From assembly GCA_963833425.1 (NCBI GenBank), contig CAWHXP010000002.1, positions 64,001 to 128,000 on the forward strand: a DNA stretch of 64,000 nt, in the 5' to 3' direction. Both the position numbers and the translations under genes were made by a program. Of the stretch, positions 35,503-46,203 are shown piece by piece. The notes beneath the pieces are model-generated. The model did not search any database and had not been told where the DNA came from. It was given only the letters and a program-made list of their open reading frames with translations. This stretch comes from an uncultured Methanosarcinaceae archaeon (lineage in GTDB: Archaea; Halobacteriota; Methanosarcinia; Methanosarcinales; Methanosarcinaceae). Position 1 is the stretch's first letter; each line of letters opens with the position of its first letter.

Positions 35503-35785
35503 TCAGTTCCACGATCCATATCCATGTTCATTTTCATCTTCATCCCCATGTCCATATGTTCGCGGGGTTTCGCATTCCGGGTTCTCGGCGGGGTTCGCAG
35601 CAGGGTTCGGGATGGTGGTGATAGCGGTATTTGAAGATTTTAGTCTTTCATGTTGAAATGCTATTATGACTGTTTTCTTATCCTTAACCACGATGGATGT
35701 GCGCTTACTGATGCAGCGGTCACGGCCATTAAAAAACAAACTGCCAATAAAATATACTAAGTATTTTTTTCATTTGTTTTAACAT
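35503..35785 (-). pseudogene. paralogous small secreted protein, frameshifted
   Basis: GGAG RBS then ATGTTAAAACAAATGAAAAA, same leader as 34350 (MLKQMKK../LLAVCFLMAVTAASVSA); YRYHHHPEPCCEP in a shifted frame. Confidence 0.72.
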
Positions 35786-36064
35786 TTATTTCACTCCATT
35801 ACGGTTAAATTGATAATTCTATTGAGATTTGTTTTTGTTAACTATTCAAGCTACAAAGAATTAGTTGGTTGATATTTATTACACTAACAATTTTTGATGA
35901 ACTATATTACTTAGTGAGTTTGTTAATTATTTCAATTAATTCTTAAAAAAATAGTCTCTGAATAAAATTTATTTTCCTATGAAATATCTTATTGGAACGT
36001 GAGTTTTAATCCGAAGTAGAAGTATATACTTAATATAAAAATATCGTTTAATTTCAAAATATTC

Positions 36065-36165
36065 AATAGGCATACTTTTTAGTTTGTGAGGAGGTACTAG
36101 TGGATAAAATAGTAATGAAGAGTTTACATTGGAAATATACATAAGTTTTATAGCAAAAGCTATGT
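36065..36165 (-). repeat. palindromic site ACATAAGTTTT-ATAGC-AAAAGCTATGT (36139-36165) plus flank module
   Basis: The - strand flank TTCATTACTATTTTATCCACTAGTACCTCCTCACAAACTAAAAAGTAT resembles 13358-13405. Confidence 0.72.
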
Positions 36166-36330
36166 ATGTACCAATATTATATTAATCATATTTTATCAAA
36201 TGAGAACAATAGATTTATGAAGTTCCAAAATTTACTTACTGGTCTTAAACTTACGCACCTAAAATCAATTGACACACAGCTTTTATATTATTATCATCAT
36301 TTTTCTTGGTATTCCGACTTACGCATTTAG

Positions 36331-37580
36331 TTACCTTAACTTCGGAAACGGAACGGGTTTCAGACCTCTAACATATTCTAATCGATAATCTCTATACAAC
36401 AACTCTTCCAAGGCCTTCCCAGAAGGGACATCTAATTCAATTTCTCTTCCAGATGCACCCCTGCCTTTTCTTATAGACACTCTTTAATCATTCCAATAAT
36501 GGTTAATTCACCAATGGAATTAGAAATCGTTGTTCTGTTTCTAGGAGTTTCACCAATTTCTTCACATATTTGAAAATATATATTTGTAATATCTTTAACA
36601 GTTGTAGTTGGTCGATTATAATTTACAAGTTTTAATATAGACAACAATACTAATTTTTTATGTAATGGCATAGCAGGAGCAAGAGTCAAAAACCTATCTA
36701 TATCTACTTCATTAAATGCTCCATCTATATGTTCAGGAAGTACTTGTGACAAACCATGTTCTTCTGCATATATTGCTGAAGCCCGCAGCAGCTCGATTGC
36801 TTTACGTGCGTCTCCATGAACTCTAGCTGAAATGGCAGCACATAGATTGACAGTTTCTTCCAGAATTGCTCCTTTGTAGAAAGCGAGTTTGACACAGTCA
36901 CATAGAATCATTCGTATTTGATCTACATTGTAAGGATCAAATATATGATCCTTAAAGTTCATTGAAGACTTTACACGGTTATCAAGATCCTTGTCATAAT
37001 GAAGATCGTTAGATATTCCAATTGTAGAAATAAAATGACGGTTCGGGAGTAATCTAGACTCTCCTGCTCTACGTAAATTGTATAGAAGACCATCGTTTTT
37101 TAGATAATCAATTTCATCTAAAACAACCACAATAGAGATGTTCCATTTTTTTGATAATATCCCATAAAGCAGAATAATAATAGTCTAAAGAAAATCCTTT
37201 CATTGGAATTTTAGTTTCTGGATCTATTTGTTTGATTATTTTATACAGTACGCCATTTGGGGTAGGTTTTATCTTGCACGAAATGTACACCACCTTAAAG
37301 GATGATCTAATATTTTTTCGTTTTCCAGTCTTTTCATCAATTTACTTAGTAAGAATTTAGTTACTACGGTTCTCCCTAACCCAGGCTATCCCAAAAATAA
37401 TGCATTCGAAGAATATCCTTTTGAATCGAGTGGTTTGAAAATCCTTGCTCAGTGATTTCGCTTTCCCTTCCAATCAATTTAGGAGGTAGATAGTCTGGAG
37501 AAAGAACATGAGAATCTTTCAGAATTTTGAATAGTTCTCCTCCAAATATTTCTTTGTAGTTTTTCACTACATCTTCATTT
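36331..37580 (-). pseudogene. cdc6: Orc1/Cdc6-family AAA+ protein, disrupted
   Basis: VLSPDYLP..LIGRESEI, degenerate Walker A, VVLDEIDYL, FDPYNVDQI, HGDARKAIELLR; several frameshifts. Confidence 0.88.
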
Positions 37581-37720
37581 AATTTATTTAATTTCGCTAA
37601 AGCTACGCCTTTGCCGTCCCAAACAAGTGAATAGTTCGGGTTAATATCAATCGCTTTATCAAATGCTTTCATTGCATCTTCATACTTGTTTAAATTACCA
37701 AGAGCAGCTCCTTTATTGAA
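37581..37720 (-). pseudogene. TPR-repeat fragment
   Basis: NKGAALGNLNKYEDAMKAFDKAIDINPNYSLVWDGKGVALAKLNK. Confidence 0.8.
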
Positions 37721-37789
37721 GCAACTGAAAAATCCCTTAAAAAGCTATATAATTGTGAATTTGTCTGCGAAGCCGGCGCAAGCGTAACA

Positions 37790-38430
37790 GCTAAACAATG
37801 GTTGAATGAGAATGAGTCTTATCAGTTCACAAAACTTGAAATAAAAACTAAGGCTCTAAGGCTGAATAATACTAACGGAAGGAAAAGGAAGGAGGGAGGG
37901 TACAAACTCCCTATTGATGATGCAGAAATAAAACCAGATTAGGAGAAGATACAGGAAAAAGAACAAAGCTAGGAAAATTAATTTTTGCAACTAATGATCT
38001 AGAATTGACTCCAGATTGACTGCTAAAATACTATAAAGAACATGGAACGTTTAAAGGGGGGTTTAGTTCCTTAAAGATAAGAGCTCCAGGGTAAAATAAT
38101 GTATACCTGAAAAAAGTGACTAAAATTGAAACACTTGTGATAGTAATGTTTCTATGTTATCACTGCATTCGATAGCTATTGGAAATTAAGAACAAGATTG
38201 AATGGCGCAAAAGAACTATCAGAAACCAAGTGAAGAAGAAAACACAGCCTCCAACGTTGAAATGGATTTTCTTCCTGTTCAGAAGAATCACAGAATTAGT
38301 GATTGAAATTAATGGAAATAAGTCCAGAAAGATATTGCAGCTGGATGCGGAAACCATTAAAGTCTTGAAACTAATGTGTGAAAAATACGAAAAATATTAT
38401 GCGTGGAAAAAATAATGCGGAAAATAGGCT
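37790..38430 (+). mobile_element. IS1634-family transposase remnant (3' part)
   Basis: Degenerate IFATNDL, YYKE..GF.FLKD, NQVKKKTQPPTLKWIF; ends ..TGCGGAAAATAGG. Confidence 0.75.
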
Positions 38431-38431
38431 T

Positions 38432-38727
38432 ATGCACCTTATTTTGAAAGCTCATCGATTCAAGCGCACCATGTAAACGACCTATGGATCTTAGCTTCAG
38501 AACTTAAGAACGAACTTGAACGACATAACAGGGAAAGTCGGAAAGCTGTAACTGTACATCGGAAACTTCATCTGGGAATGTAGTAAAGATGAAAAGGACT
38601 TCATTAGTATTACAACGATTTTGCCCTTTCGCATGAGTACAGATTACTTTGTTTAGCAAGGCTCCATAAGGTAAATTAGAGGAATTATCTAATCCAAGAA
38701 GCTTGTGAGTGTTTAAAAGCAATTAAT
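38432..38727 (+). pseudogene. 3' remnant of a phosphotransferase (APH-like) gene
   Basis: Manual translation DLWILASELKN.../YIGNFIWECSKDEKDF...LPF/NYLIQEACECLKAI directly upstream of the HAD gene; family recalled from memory. Confidence 0.45.
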
Positions 38728-38756
38728 AAAGGTAAAATACAATCAATAAAGGGGAT

Positions 38757-39518
38757 ATGGAAGGTAAAAGCATGTCGAACTATGAGTTAGAGACAGATAA
38801 AGATAAAATCACAATTCTGAATGGTCCTACTAGAGAAGAAAGAGATAAACATGAAAGCTGTCAAGTAAAAGGGATTATATTTGACTGCTACCAGACACTT
38901 ATTGATATTCATACTGAGGAACATAACCTGATAACGCATGAGGTTGTAAGCGCGTGGCTTGCCTATCAGGGCGTAAGAATAAAGCCGGAAAAGCTATGGG
39001 GCACTTACATGTTTAAAGTAAGGGATAGAATGCAGCATTCCAAGGAAACATATCCAGAAGTTAGGGTAGAAGAAATATTTGCCGAGATTTGTAGGGAAAA
39101 TTCAATTTGGAAAATTAATGAAAAAATCCTTGGAATAGAGACTTCAAGGGTCTTTCGAGCAGCATCTATACGGAAACTACATCTTTTTCCTCATACCATA
39201 AAATTGATTGATCATTATATAAATATTCCAAAATGTATAGTATCCAATGGGCAGAGAGTTTTTTCCGAATTGGAACTCAGGTTCCTGGGACTCTACGATT
39301 ACTTCGATTTTGTTATCTTCTCATCAGATGTAGGATACCAGAAACCTGACCTTAGGCTTTTTATGACTGCACTCAAAAGAATGGGACTCGAACTCGAGCC
39401 AAAACATGTGATGTCCATAGGGGACTCTTACGAAAACGAGCTAATACCTGCAAGAAAGCTGGGAATGTGCTCCATGCATATTGAAGAAGCATGGAAACAT
39501 TTTGAGCTGAATGATTGA
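38757..39518 (+). CDS. HAD-superfamily hydrolase
   Basis: FDCYQTL motif I, SNG, KPD, GDSYENE. Confidence 0.9.
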   Translation: MEGKSMSNYELETDKDKITILNGPTREERDKHESCQVKGIIFDCYQTLIDIHTEEHNLITHEVVSAWLAYQGVRIKPEKLWGTYMFKVRDRMQHSKETYPEVRVEEIFAEICRENSIWKINEKILGIETSRVFRAASIRKLHLFPHTIKLIDHYINIPKCIVSNGQRVFSELELRFLGLYDYFDFVIFSSDVGYQKPDLRLFMTALKRMGLELEPKHVMSIGDSYENELIPARKLGMCSMHIEEAWKHFELND

Positions 39519-39618
39519 TTTCCAAAAAGGTTCTGTAGAGTCGTAGGAGATGGACGGTTATATATGTTCGATACTCTCTGGGAAAAAAACTCTAATCCTC
39601 CGAAGACTTTATAGAACC

Positions 39619-40640
39619 TTAATAATTGTCACAAATCGGAAATATCAAACTTAGCTTTTTACCCTTTTTTAGCTTGGGTACCGGCAAGCCGGCGGCTGCA
39701 TAGATGATTAATTGACACAAAAAGGAAAAATAATATTTGATTATAAAATACGGATATTCCGGTATTTGATCCACCATATTTCCTCTTATGGTTTTCGGAC
39801 CGCCTGCTGACATAAACTTGGAGAAATCAATTTTTTCGTGATAATTATACTTCCCAATCATTTCCTCGACTAAGATGTAATCTGCATAGGATAAAGTGTC
39901 TAGATGCTGGTCATGCTTGATATTAGGGAAGTGTAACAACTCTTCTTCAAAGTCATTGAGCCAGTTGCCACCTACTTGAAATATGTTTTTTTTGTATTCA
40001 TCCGGATAGTTACTGATAGAGTTCTTGTGAATTTATCCCCTTGAGTTCAAGGTCTAAAACAGGGAAGCTGCCCAGAACTAAATTCTGATAACTCGTTTTC
40101 TCAATCGAGACAGACTCAAAACTAATGGCTACCGAATTCCATTTCTGAAATTGAGTTTTGATAAATTCAACGTGATCCGGACTTTCAATCTCAGTTCTGA
40201 AAACATCCCGGAGAAGCAATTCATTTTTTGGAGCGAGAACCCACGTAGACAAGACAAAGAAGTTAAAATGTGTCTTTGCCGTCCCTGAAGGATCACAGGT
40301 TTGGAATATTACACATTTTCTTCAGGAACTGGTACAATGCCCCTGTTTGTACGTAAAATTATATGTTAACTTTGATTCTGTAAAATATTGATAAAGTTCA
40401 CGCTTTAATAAGTTACCTCGTGCTGTGGAGGCCTTTGTTGGTAGAGAGGCCAAGTATATATCGGCACTCTTGCTCTTATTTTAGTTAATACCTCTTCGGG
40501 ATACTTTTCCCCCATAGTGCCTGACCAGGTCCGGTTCTCTGGTCATATGACGCCTTCCATCCCCCTACATTACAGGATTATGTGTCATCTCCCATGATCC
40601 CCACCGGGGTCTTCCTTCGATATATCCATAAAAGCTTTGT
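39619..40640 (-). pseudogene. phage terminase large-subunit remnant (C-terminal ATPase part plus nuclease domain)
   Basis: Across frames: GPGQALW.EKYPEEVL, LYQQRP, GNLLKRE, IFQTCDPSGT..FFVLSTW, WLNDFEEELLHFPNIKHDQHLDTLSYA. Confidence 0.8.
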
Positions 40641-40691
40641 ATTTTGCGATTTTTTAGCTCAGATTTACTCAAATGGAAGCTAAAATCAGAA

Positions 40692-40806
40692 GCATAGATT
40701 TTTGCTATAAAACTTGTGTATTAGTAAAAACGATAAATTCATATTTCGTACAAAGAAAGGGAATATAAAGTCAATCAGGAATTATAGAACTTTCAGGCCA
40801 CTGTTA
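40692..40806. repeat. palindromic site GCATAGATTTT-TGCTAT-AAAACTTGTGT (40692-40719) plus flank module
   Basis: Flank AGTAAAAACGATAAAT...AGAACTTTCAGGCCACTG resembles 29813-29900 and 25120-25227. Confidence 0.75.
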
Positions 40807-42142
40807 AGTTAAAAGAATACAAACTATTTTGATAAACCCCTAAATGACTGGCTGATTGCAGCAACAGCCCCTTCGTGTCGGCCATCCTCAAACATAGGCT
40901 TTTGTGCTGAGCGGTCTTATTTTCCTGTTGATTTTAACAAAAATTACAGGATTTCAAAGCACAGATTTGATCAACTAACTAGTGAAGAATTGGTTTGCAA
41001 TAAATTACTTCTATTAAACCGCGAGCCTTGAAAGCGGTCGTCAAATAATTATTTTGCTGTTTTAGCCTTGAACTCCGCCCTCGTTAGAAACATTCTTTAG
41101 TGTACCTTTTCCCTCTATTCCCAGCAATTCAACATTTATCTTCATAAGGACTACCTTCGTGAAAATACAGTTCAAGCAAATCTATCATAATACGTCTCCT
41201 AAGTACATTATCTCAAGTTCGACTTTCGGTCTCTTCGCCGTTTTTAGGAGTAATTTATAGTCATTTTCCAAGGGTGGATTCACATGCACAATATCAAAAC
41301 CATTCATTGTAGAATACCACATTCGAGCTTGAAATTTATCTTTTGGCGTGGGTACTTTTTTTCAGCTAGAGAATTATTTTTAACCCATACTAAATAGCCA
41401 AAAGTGGGCTAAAACCCATATTTAATGATGGTACTTGTCCAAATGAAAATTGTGAATATTACGGACTTACTGGTCAAGGTAATATTATTGAAAATTGCAT
41501 TCATCTAAGCTATGGAAAAAAGGTTAGAAAATGCATTTGCCATGGTCTAATAAAGTATTAATAGCAGTACATGCTTTTCGATCACAACTTTTGTAGAGGC
41601 AAATCCACTATTTAGTTGGCCTTTAAAATGATTGTGAAGGATAATGAGTATAGTTATTGGTGATGTACTGAAGATACAATCAGCTACTGTAAGTAGATAG
41701 TTAAGTCGTCGGTCGATCAATGTAATGTAAATGAGAATTTGACGGCAAACCTGGATATGCTTAAAACACACTGGATTAGTTATGGGTAATAATCTAATAC
41801 CAAACATGAATGATTATTAGGATGATGGACCAATGATATTAGTAGCCCTTGCCCCTGCTTGTAGTTAAATTATTACCTTTGTTATAGAGCCAATAAAACA
41901 ATATGTTGCAGACAAATTAATGAGCGATCCATTGATAAATAGTTGATGTTATCTCATTGTCTGCAGGAAGTGTTTTTGGTCCCCTATGTGCAGGTAAGCC
42001 TAGAAAACAAATCCATTTGAATAAAATGCATTTAAGATGAAAATATCAACCAGCTAAGGGACACAACTTAGATTGTTGGAAACATCAATAATATAATAGG
42101 GACTAAAATATTTCTATTCAATGCGATATATTATTTTAGGAA

Positions 42143-43273
42143 TTAAAAACAGCAAAATGCTACTACTTTATTAATTTCCAATTTTACTAGGCATGAATCA
42201 CTTGCATGCAGCTTAAGGGAATCAACAAATTGTGCAGGGACCTCTACATTTAGGACTTTATCATGTCTGACAAGTTTAAGTGTAATTCGTTTTTTTGGTC
42301 CTTTATTAACTATACTACTGATGAATGCTAAATATATGTTTTTATCCTGATCCTCAGAACCAGAATCAAGCGAAAGAAGAGTTACGTTTTCAGGATGGAT
42401 TCCCCAGCAAACGTCAACCCCGACCCTACAATTCAGATTATGTACTATTATTTGCATGGTCCCACTCTCCAATATTGTGCTTTTCGATTCTTCATCATGT
42501 TCCTTGACATAAGCATCATCAAAAATATTTGACAAGCCAAATAGCTCTGCAACATGCCTGTTTTGGGGATTATAGAAGATTTCTTCCGGGGTTCCGAACT
42601 GCTGGGCCTTTCCTCCGTGTAAGACAAGAATTTTAGAGGCCAGTAGGAAAGCTTCTTCAAGGTTGTGGGTTACGAACAACAAAGGTATTCTAATCTTATT
42701 TTGTAAAGTTTTTATTTTTTTTGCAAGTTTTGTTCTTATTTCAGTATCAAGTGCAGAAAAAGGTTCATCCAGAAGTAGAATCTCTGGTTTTGGAGCAAGA
42801 GCTCTCGCTAGAGCAACTCTCTGTTTCTGTCCACCTGAAAGTTGTGATGGGTAACGAGTTTCTAATTCCTCGATATGGAGGAGGTCCAGCATTTCCAGAA
42901 CCCTTTTCACCCTATTTTCTTTTTGCCAACTTTTGATACCACACTCTATGTTTTTTCTGACGTTCATGTGGGGGAAAAGTGTATCGTTCTGGAAAACATA
43001 GCCAAGGTTGCGCTTCTGAATAGGGAGATTAATTCGGTTGTCTTTGTCGTAATAAACATTACTTCCCACAGTTATTATTCCATCATCAGGCTCCACGATT
43101 CCTGAAACACATTTAAACAACGTGGTCTTTCCGGATCCCGAAGGCCCAAAAAGTACAACAAGCTCATTTCCCATTTCAAATTTGACATCTAACGTAAAAG
43201 CTTTCTTAGCACTTTTTTTGCCATCTATTTCAGCTTTGTTATACCATTTTTTTATGTTAACTTTAACACCCAA
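42143..43273 (-). CDS. modC: molybdate/tungstate ABC transporter ATPase
   Basis: GPSGSGKT, LSGGQKQRVALARAL, LLDEPFSALD, C-terminal TOBE-like region; follows modB. Confidence 0.9.
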   Translation of the reverse strand: MGVKVNIKKWYNKAEIDGKKSAKKAFTLDVKFEMGNELVVLFGPSGSGKTTLFKCVSGIVEPDDGIITVGSNVYYDKDNRINLPIQKRNLGYVFQNDTLFPHMNVRKNIECGIKSWQKENRVKRVLEMLDLLHIEELETRYPSQLSGGQKQRVALARALAPKPEILLLDEPFSALDTEIRTKLAKKIKTLQNKIRIPLLFVTHNLEEAFLLASKILVLHGGKAQQFGTPEEIFYNPQNRHVAELFGLSNIFDDAYVKEHDEESKSTILESGTMQIIVHNLNCRVGVDVCWGIHPENVTLLSLDSGSEDQDKNIYLAFISSIVNKGPKKRITLKLVRHDKVLNVEVPAQFVDSLKLHASDSCLVKLEINKVVAFCCF

Positions 43274-43277
43274 GTTC

Positions 43278-43955
43278 TCATGCCTCTAATTTCCCTACAA
43301 ATCTTCCGGTTAGAATAATAGCCAGTATGGACATAAGAATCAGGATCAAGACAAGTACTTGAGCAAGTTCGTTGTTTCCTGCCTCAAAGGCATTGTATAT
43401 TGAGATCGACATTGTATTTGTTTTTCCCTGGATATTTCCTGCCAGCATAAAAGTTGCTCCAAATTCTCCAATAGCCCTTGCAAAACTCAGTACCAGTCCT
43501 GCTAGTATGCCTCTTTTTGCAAGAGGCAATGTTATTACTAGTGCAGTCTCAATCTCACTTCTTCCAAGGATATAAGCTGCATATTCAAGTTCGGTATCAA
43601 CTGCTTCAATGGCTGCCTGTGCTGTTCTTACCATAAGGGGAAGAGAAACCGTATAAGCTGCAATGACTGCAGCCTGCCAGGTGAACATGATTCCTGTTCC
43701 CAAAACATGGTAAATTATGTGTCCAATGAATCCGTTTTTCCCCATAAGAAGGATCAAAAGATAGCCAATTACTGTAGGTGGAAGAACTAGAGGAAGTGTT
43801 ATAAATATCTCTGCAAGCTTTTTTCCCCAGAAATCACGTCTCGCAAATATGTAAGCTATGATTACGCCACTACACAGCACTAGAAAGGATGATATGAGTG
43901 CTATCTGGAATGTGAGATATAAAGGAAACCATACCTGGTCTAACATAGAAATCAA
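43278..43955 (-). CDS. modB: molybdate ABC transporter permease
   Basis: LPLVLPPTVIGY, FARAIGEFGAT, GNIQGKT. Confidence 0.93.
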   Translation of the reverse strand: MISMLDQVWFPLYLTFQIALISSFLVLCSGVIIAYIFARRDFWGKKLAEIFITLPLVLPPTVIGYLLILLMGKNGFIGHIIYHVLGTGIMFTWQAAVIAAYTVSLPLMVRTAQAAIEAVDTELEYAAYILGRSEIETALVITLPLAKRGILAGLVLSFARAIGEFGATFMLAGNIQGKTNTMSISIYNAFEAGNNELAQVLVLILILMSILAIILTGRFVGKLEA

Positions 43956-44322
43956 ATTTGATTATGTTACTTTGTCTCGGTAGAAATCCTCTGAAATGAA
44001 GAATCTCCATTAAATTGAACTAAATAGCCTGATCTATATTTATTTACGCATTTTTAGCCTCCATATGCTTATTTTGATGGGTTTTCTATAAAGCCATTAC
44101 ACGATATAACTGTGAATTCAATTTTTATCTAGTATTTCCTGCTTAATTGGATGATTTATTAGAGTTCAATCTAATACACTGGAAATGATCTATATAGTGT
44201 TTGATCTATATAGTGTTTAACATGTTGTCTTTGCATCGATTCATAGAGGATTAAATGCTCTTTAAAACGACATTAAACATAATATTTAAGCAACAAAAAA
44301 GATTTTTTTGGAACTTTAGATT

Positions 44323-44454
44323 TATTCGGTTAAGAAATCTGTTAACATTAAAATGACTACTGCGATAATACATTCATCTGGATCTACATTTATATGTTTA
44401 AAGAAAACGCAGCAAAAGAAAAACTTTTCTCACAGATTGTATCTTAACCGAATG
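44323..44454. mobile_element. possible ~130-bp MITE
   Basis: Terminal IR ATTCGGTTAAGA..ATCTG / CAGAT..TCTTAACCGAAT, no ORF. Confidence 0.5.
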
Positions 44455-44575
44455 AAACCGAAGTTCAACTATGTGAGTACTAATTAGTTTTATTTTTGTA
44501 ACACTGCTGGTAAATAGAATAAAATGTCCTGGGTATTAATTCTCTGATGCAATGAAAAGGATGAAAATAAAGCGA

Positions 44576-44785
44576 TTAATCTATGGCTATCATCACATTT
44601 GAGGCCTTGATTACCGCATATGCCTCGCTTCCTTCTTTTAGATTCATATTTTCAACTGATGTTTTTGTGATGATGGAAGTTATTTCCATTCCACCAGGTA
44701 ATTCTATTACAATTTCCGAATTGACCATCCCCGACACAATTTTTTTAACCTTACCTTTTAAAACATTGCGTGCACTTAATTTCAT
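44576..44785 (-). CDS. mop: molybdenum-binding protein (molbindin, TOBE domain)
   Basis: MKLSARNVLKGKV...SIITKTS...AVIKASNV. Confidence 0.94.
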   Translation of the reverse strand: MKLSARNVLKGKVKKIVSGMVNSEIVIELPGGMEITSIITKTSVENMNLKEGSEAYAVIKASNVMIAID

Positions 44786-45501
44786 ATTTGTTACCTCATC
44801 TAAGTAGTATTACCATCAATTACTAACTCTTGTTATGAATGATTTGCATATATATATATAGATATTTGTATTCGATTAAAAAGTCTATTAACTTAGTCCT
44901 AAAAAACATGAAATTCTCCGGATAAATAGCTCAAATAATGGGAATGTCCTACACATTTCTCTTTTTTGAACACTGGCCCCATTGTTATTTTGGACAGGAA
45001 ATTTGCCCTAATCTTGATTTCCAAAGCCGCCTAAATACTAATCTATAAATTGTCATGGAGGTTCAAAGGTGACTATGATCATGAATGTTAAATTGGTTTT
45101 TTGGACAATTATACTACCAAGCTAAGTGATAATTTAAATTAGCCGAAATAGTAGCCAATCGACATTATGTAGATAACATAGATTTAGAATTTGTTGCTAT
45201 TTAACCATATTATTTTGGGATAAAATACCCTCTTTTAAAGTTATAGTGCCTGAAACTCATAATAATTTTGGCAGCTCATTTAATTTTATATCAAATTATA
45301 AATCTCAATAAATTATTGAATAGAGAAATACCATACCTGAAGAACTCAACTATATACAGCATACAAAAATTTTACTTTGAATATACAGCAAATTTACGAC
45401 ACTATCAGATTTTTATATGTCTTTTTTCCCAAAAATTTAAAGAGGTTACAATAAATAGTAGGATATTAATTCAAAAATTAATTAAATTGAATGAACAACA
45501 C

Positions 45502-46203
45502 ATGAAAATCCATTACATCCAGCATGTTGAATTTGAAACTCTTGGAACTATCGCTCAATGGAGCGAAAAAAATGACACTTTTTATCAAGTACACATTTAT
45601 ATACAGATTATAGCTTCCCTAATCTGGAGGACTTCGACCTTCTCATCGTTATGGGTAGCCCGATAAATATTTACGAGTATGAAAAATACCCATGGCTGAG
45701 GGAAGAAAAAAAGTTTATCGAAGAAACTATTTCTGCAGGAAAAGCAGTCATTGGGACCTGTCTGGGAGCTCAGCTTGCTGCTGACGTCCTGAAAGCTGAA
45801 GTGTTTAAAAACGACTATAAAGAAATTGGATGGTTTCCAGTGTTTACACTCAAACAAGCGAGATCCGATATTTCCCTTCTGGAAAATATTCCTGAGAAAT
45901 TCACTGCTTTTCACTGGCATGGAGACACTTTTAATTTGCCTGAAAATGCAAAGAGACTTTTTTTAAGTGAAGCCTGTAAAAATCAGGGTTTATTTATAAT
46001 GATAGAGTTATTTGGCTCCAATTTCATCTGGAAATTAGCAACGAAACAATTAGAAACGTGATTGAAAATTGCAGTGATGAACTGATAGATGGGAAATATA
46101 TCCAGAAAGAAAAAGAAATGCTAAATAAAGAATCACTTCTCGCTGACTCAAGGCTATTAATGTTCAAATTACTAGATAATTTTGAGCTACTGATTGGATC
46201 TTA
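45502..46203 (+). pseudogene. type 1 glutamine amidotransferase-like protein, frameshifted
   Basis: MKIHYIQHVEFE, GTCLGAQL, EIGWFPV, HWHGDTF, LQFHLE in shifted frames. Confidence 0.87.

Noticed and set aside
13200..40806. CRISPR array interpretation of the repeats
   Set aside because: Copies are dispersed, degenerate and not regularly spaced; no cas genes
40820..41990. Probable gene relics here and at ~8760-9480, 22700-23130, 24600-25050, 51700-52050 and 56150-56550
   Set aside because: Coding-like composition but too degraded to assign a family by eye
45268..45501. N-terminal extension of ORF 45268-45666
   Set aside because: AT-rich non-coding-like sequence; homology starts at ATG 45502
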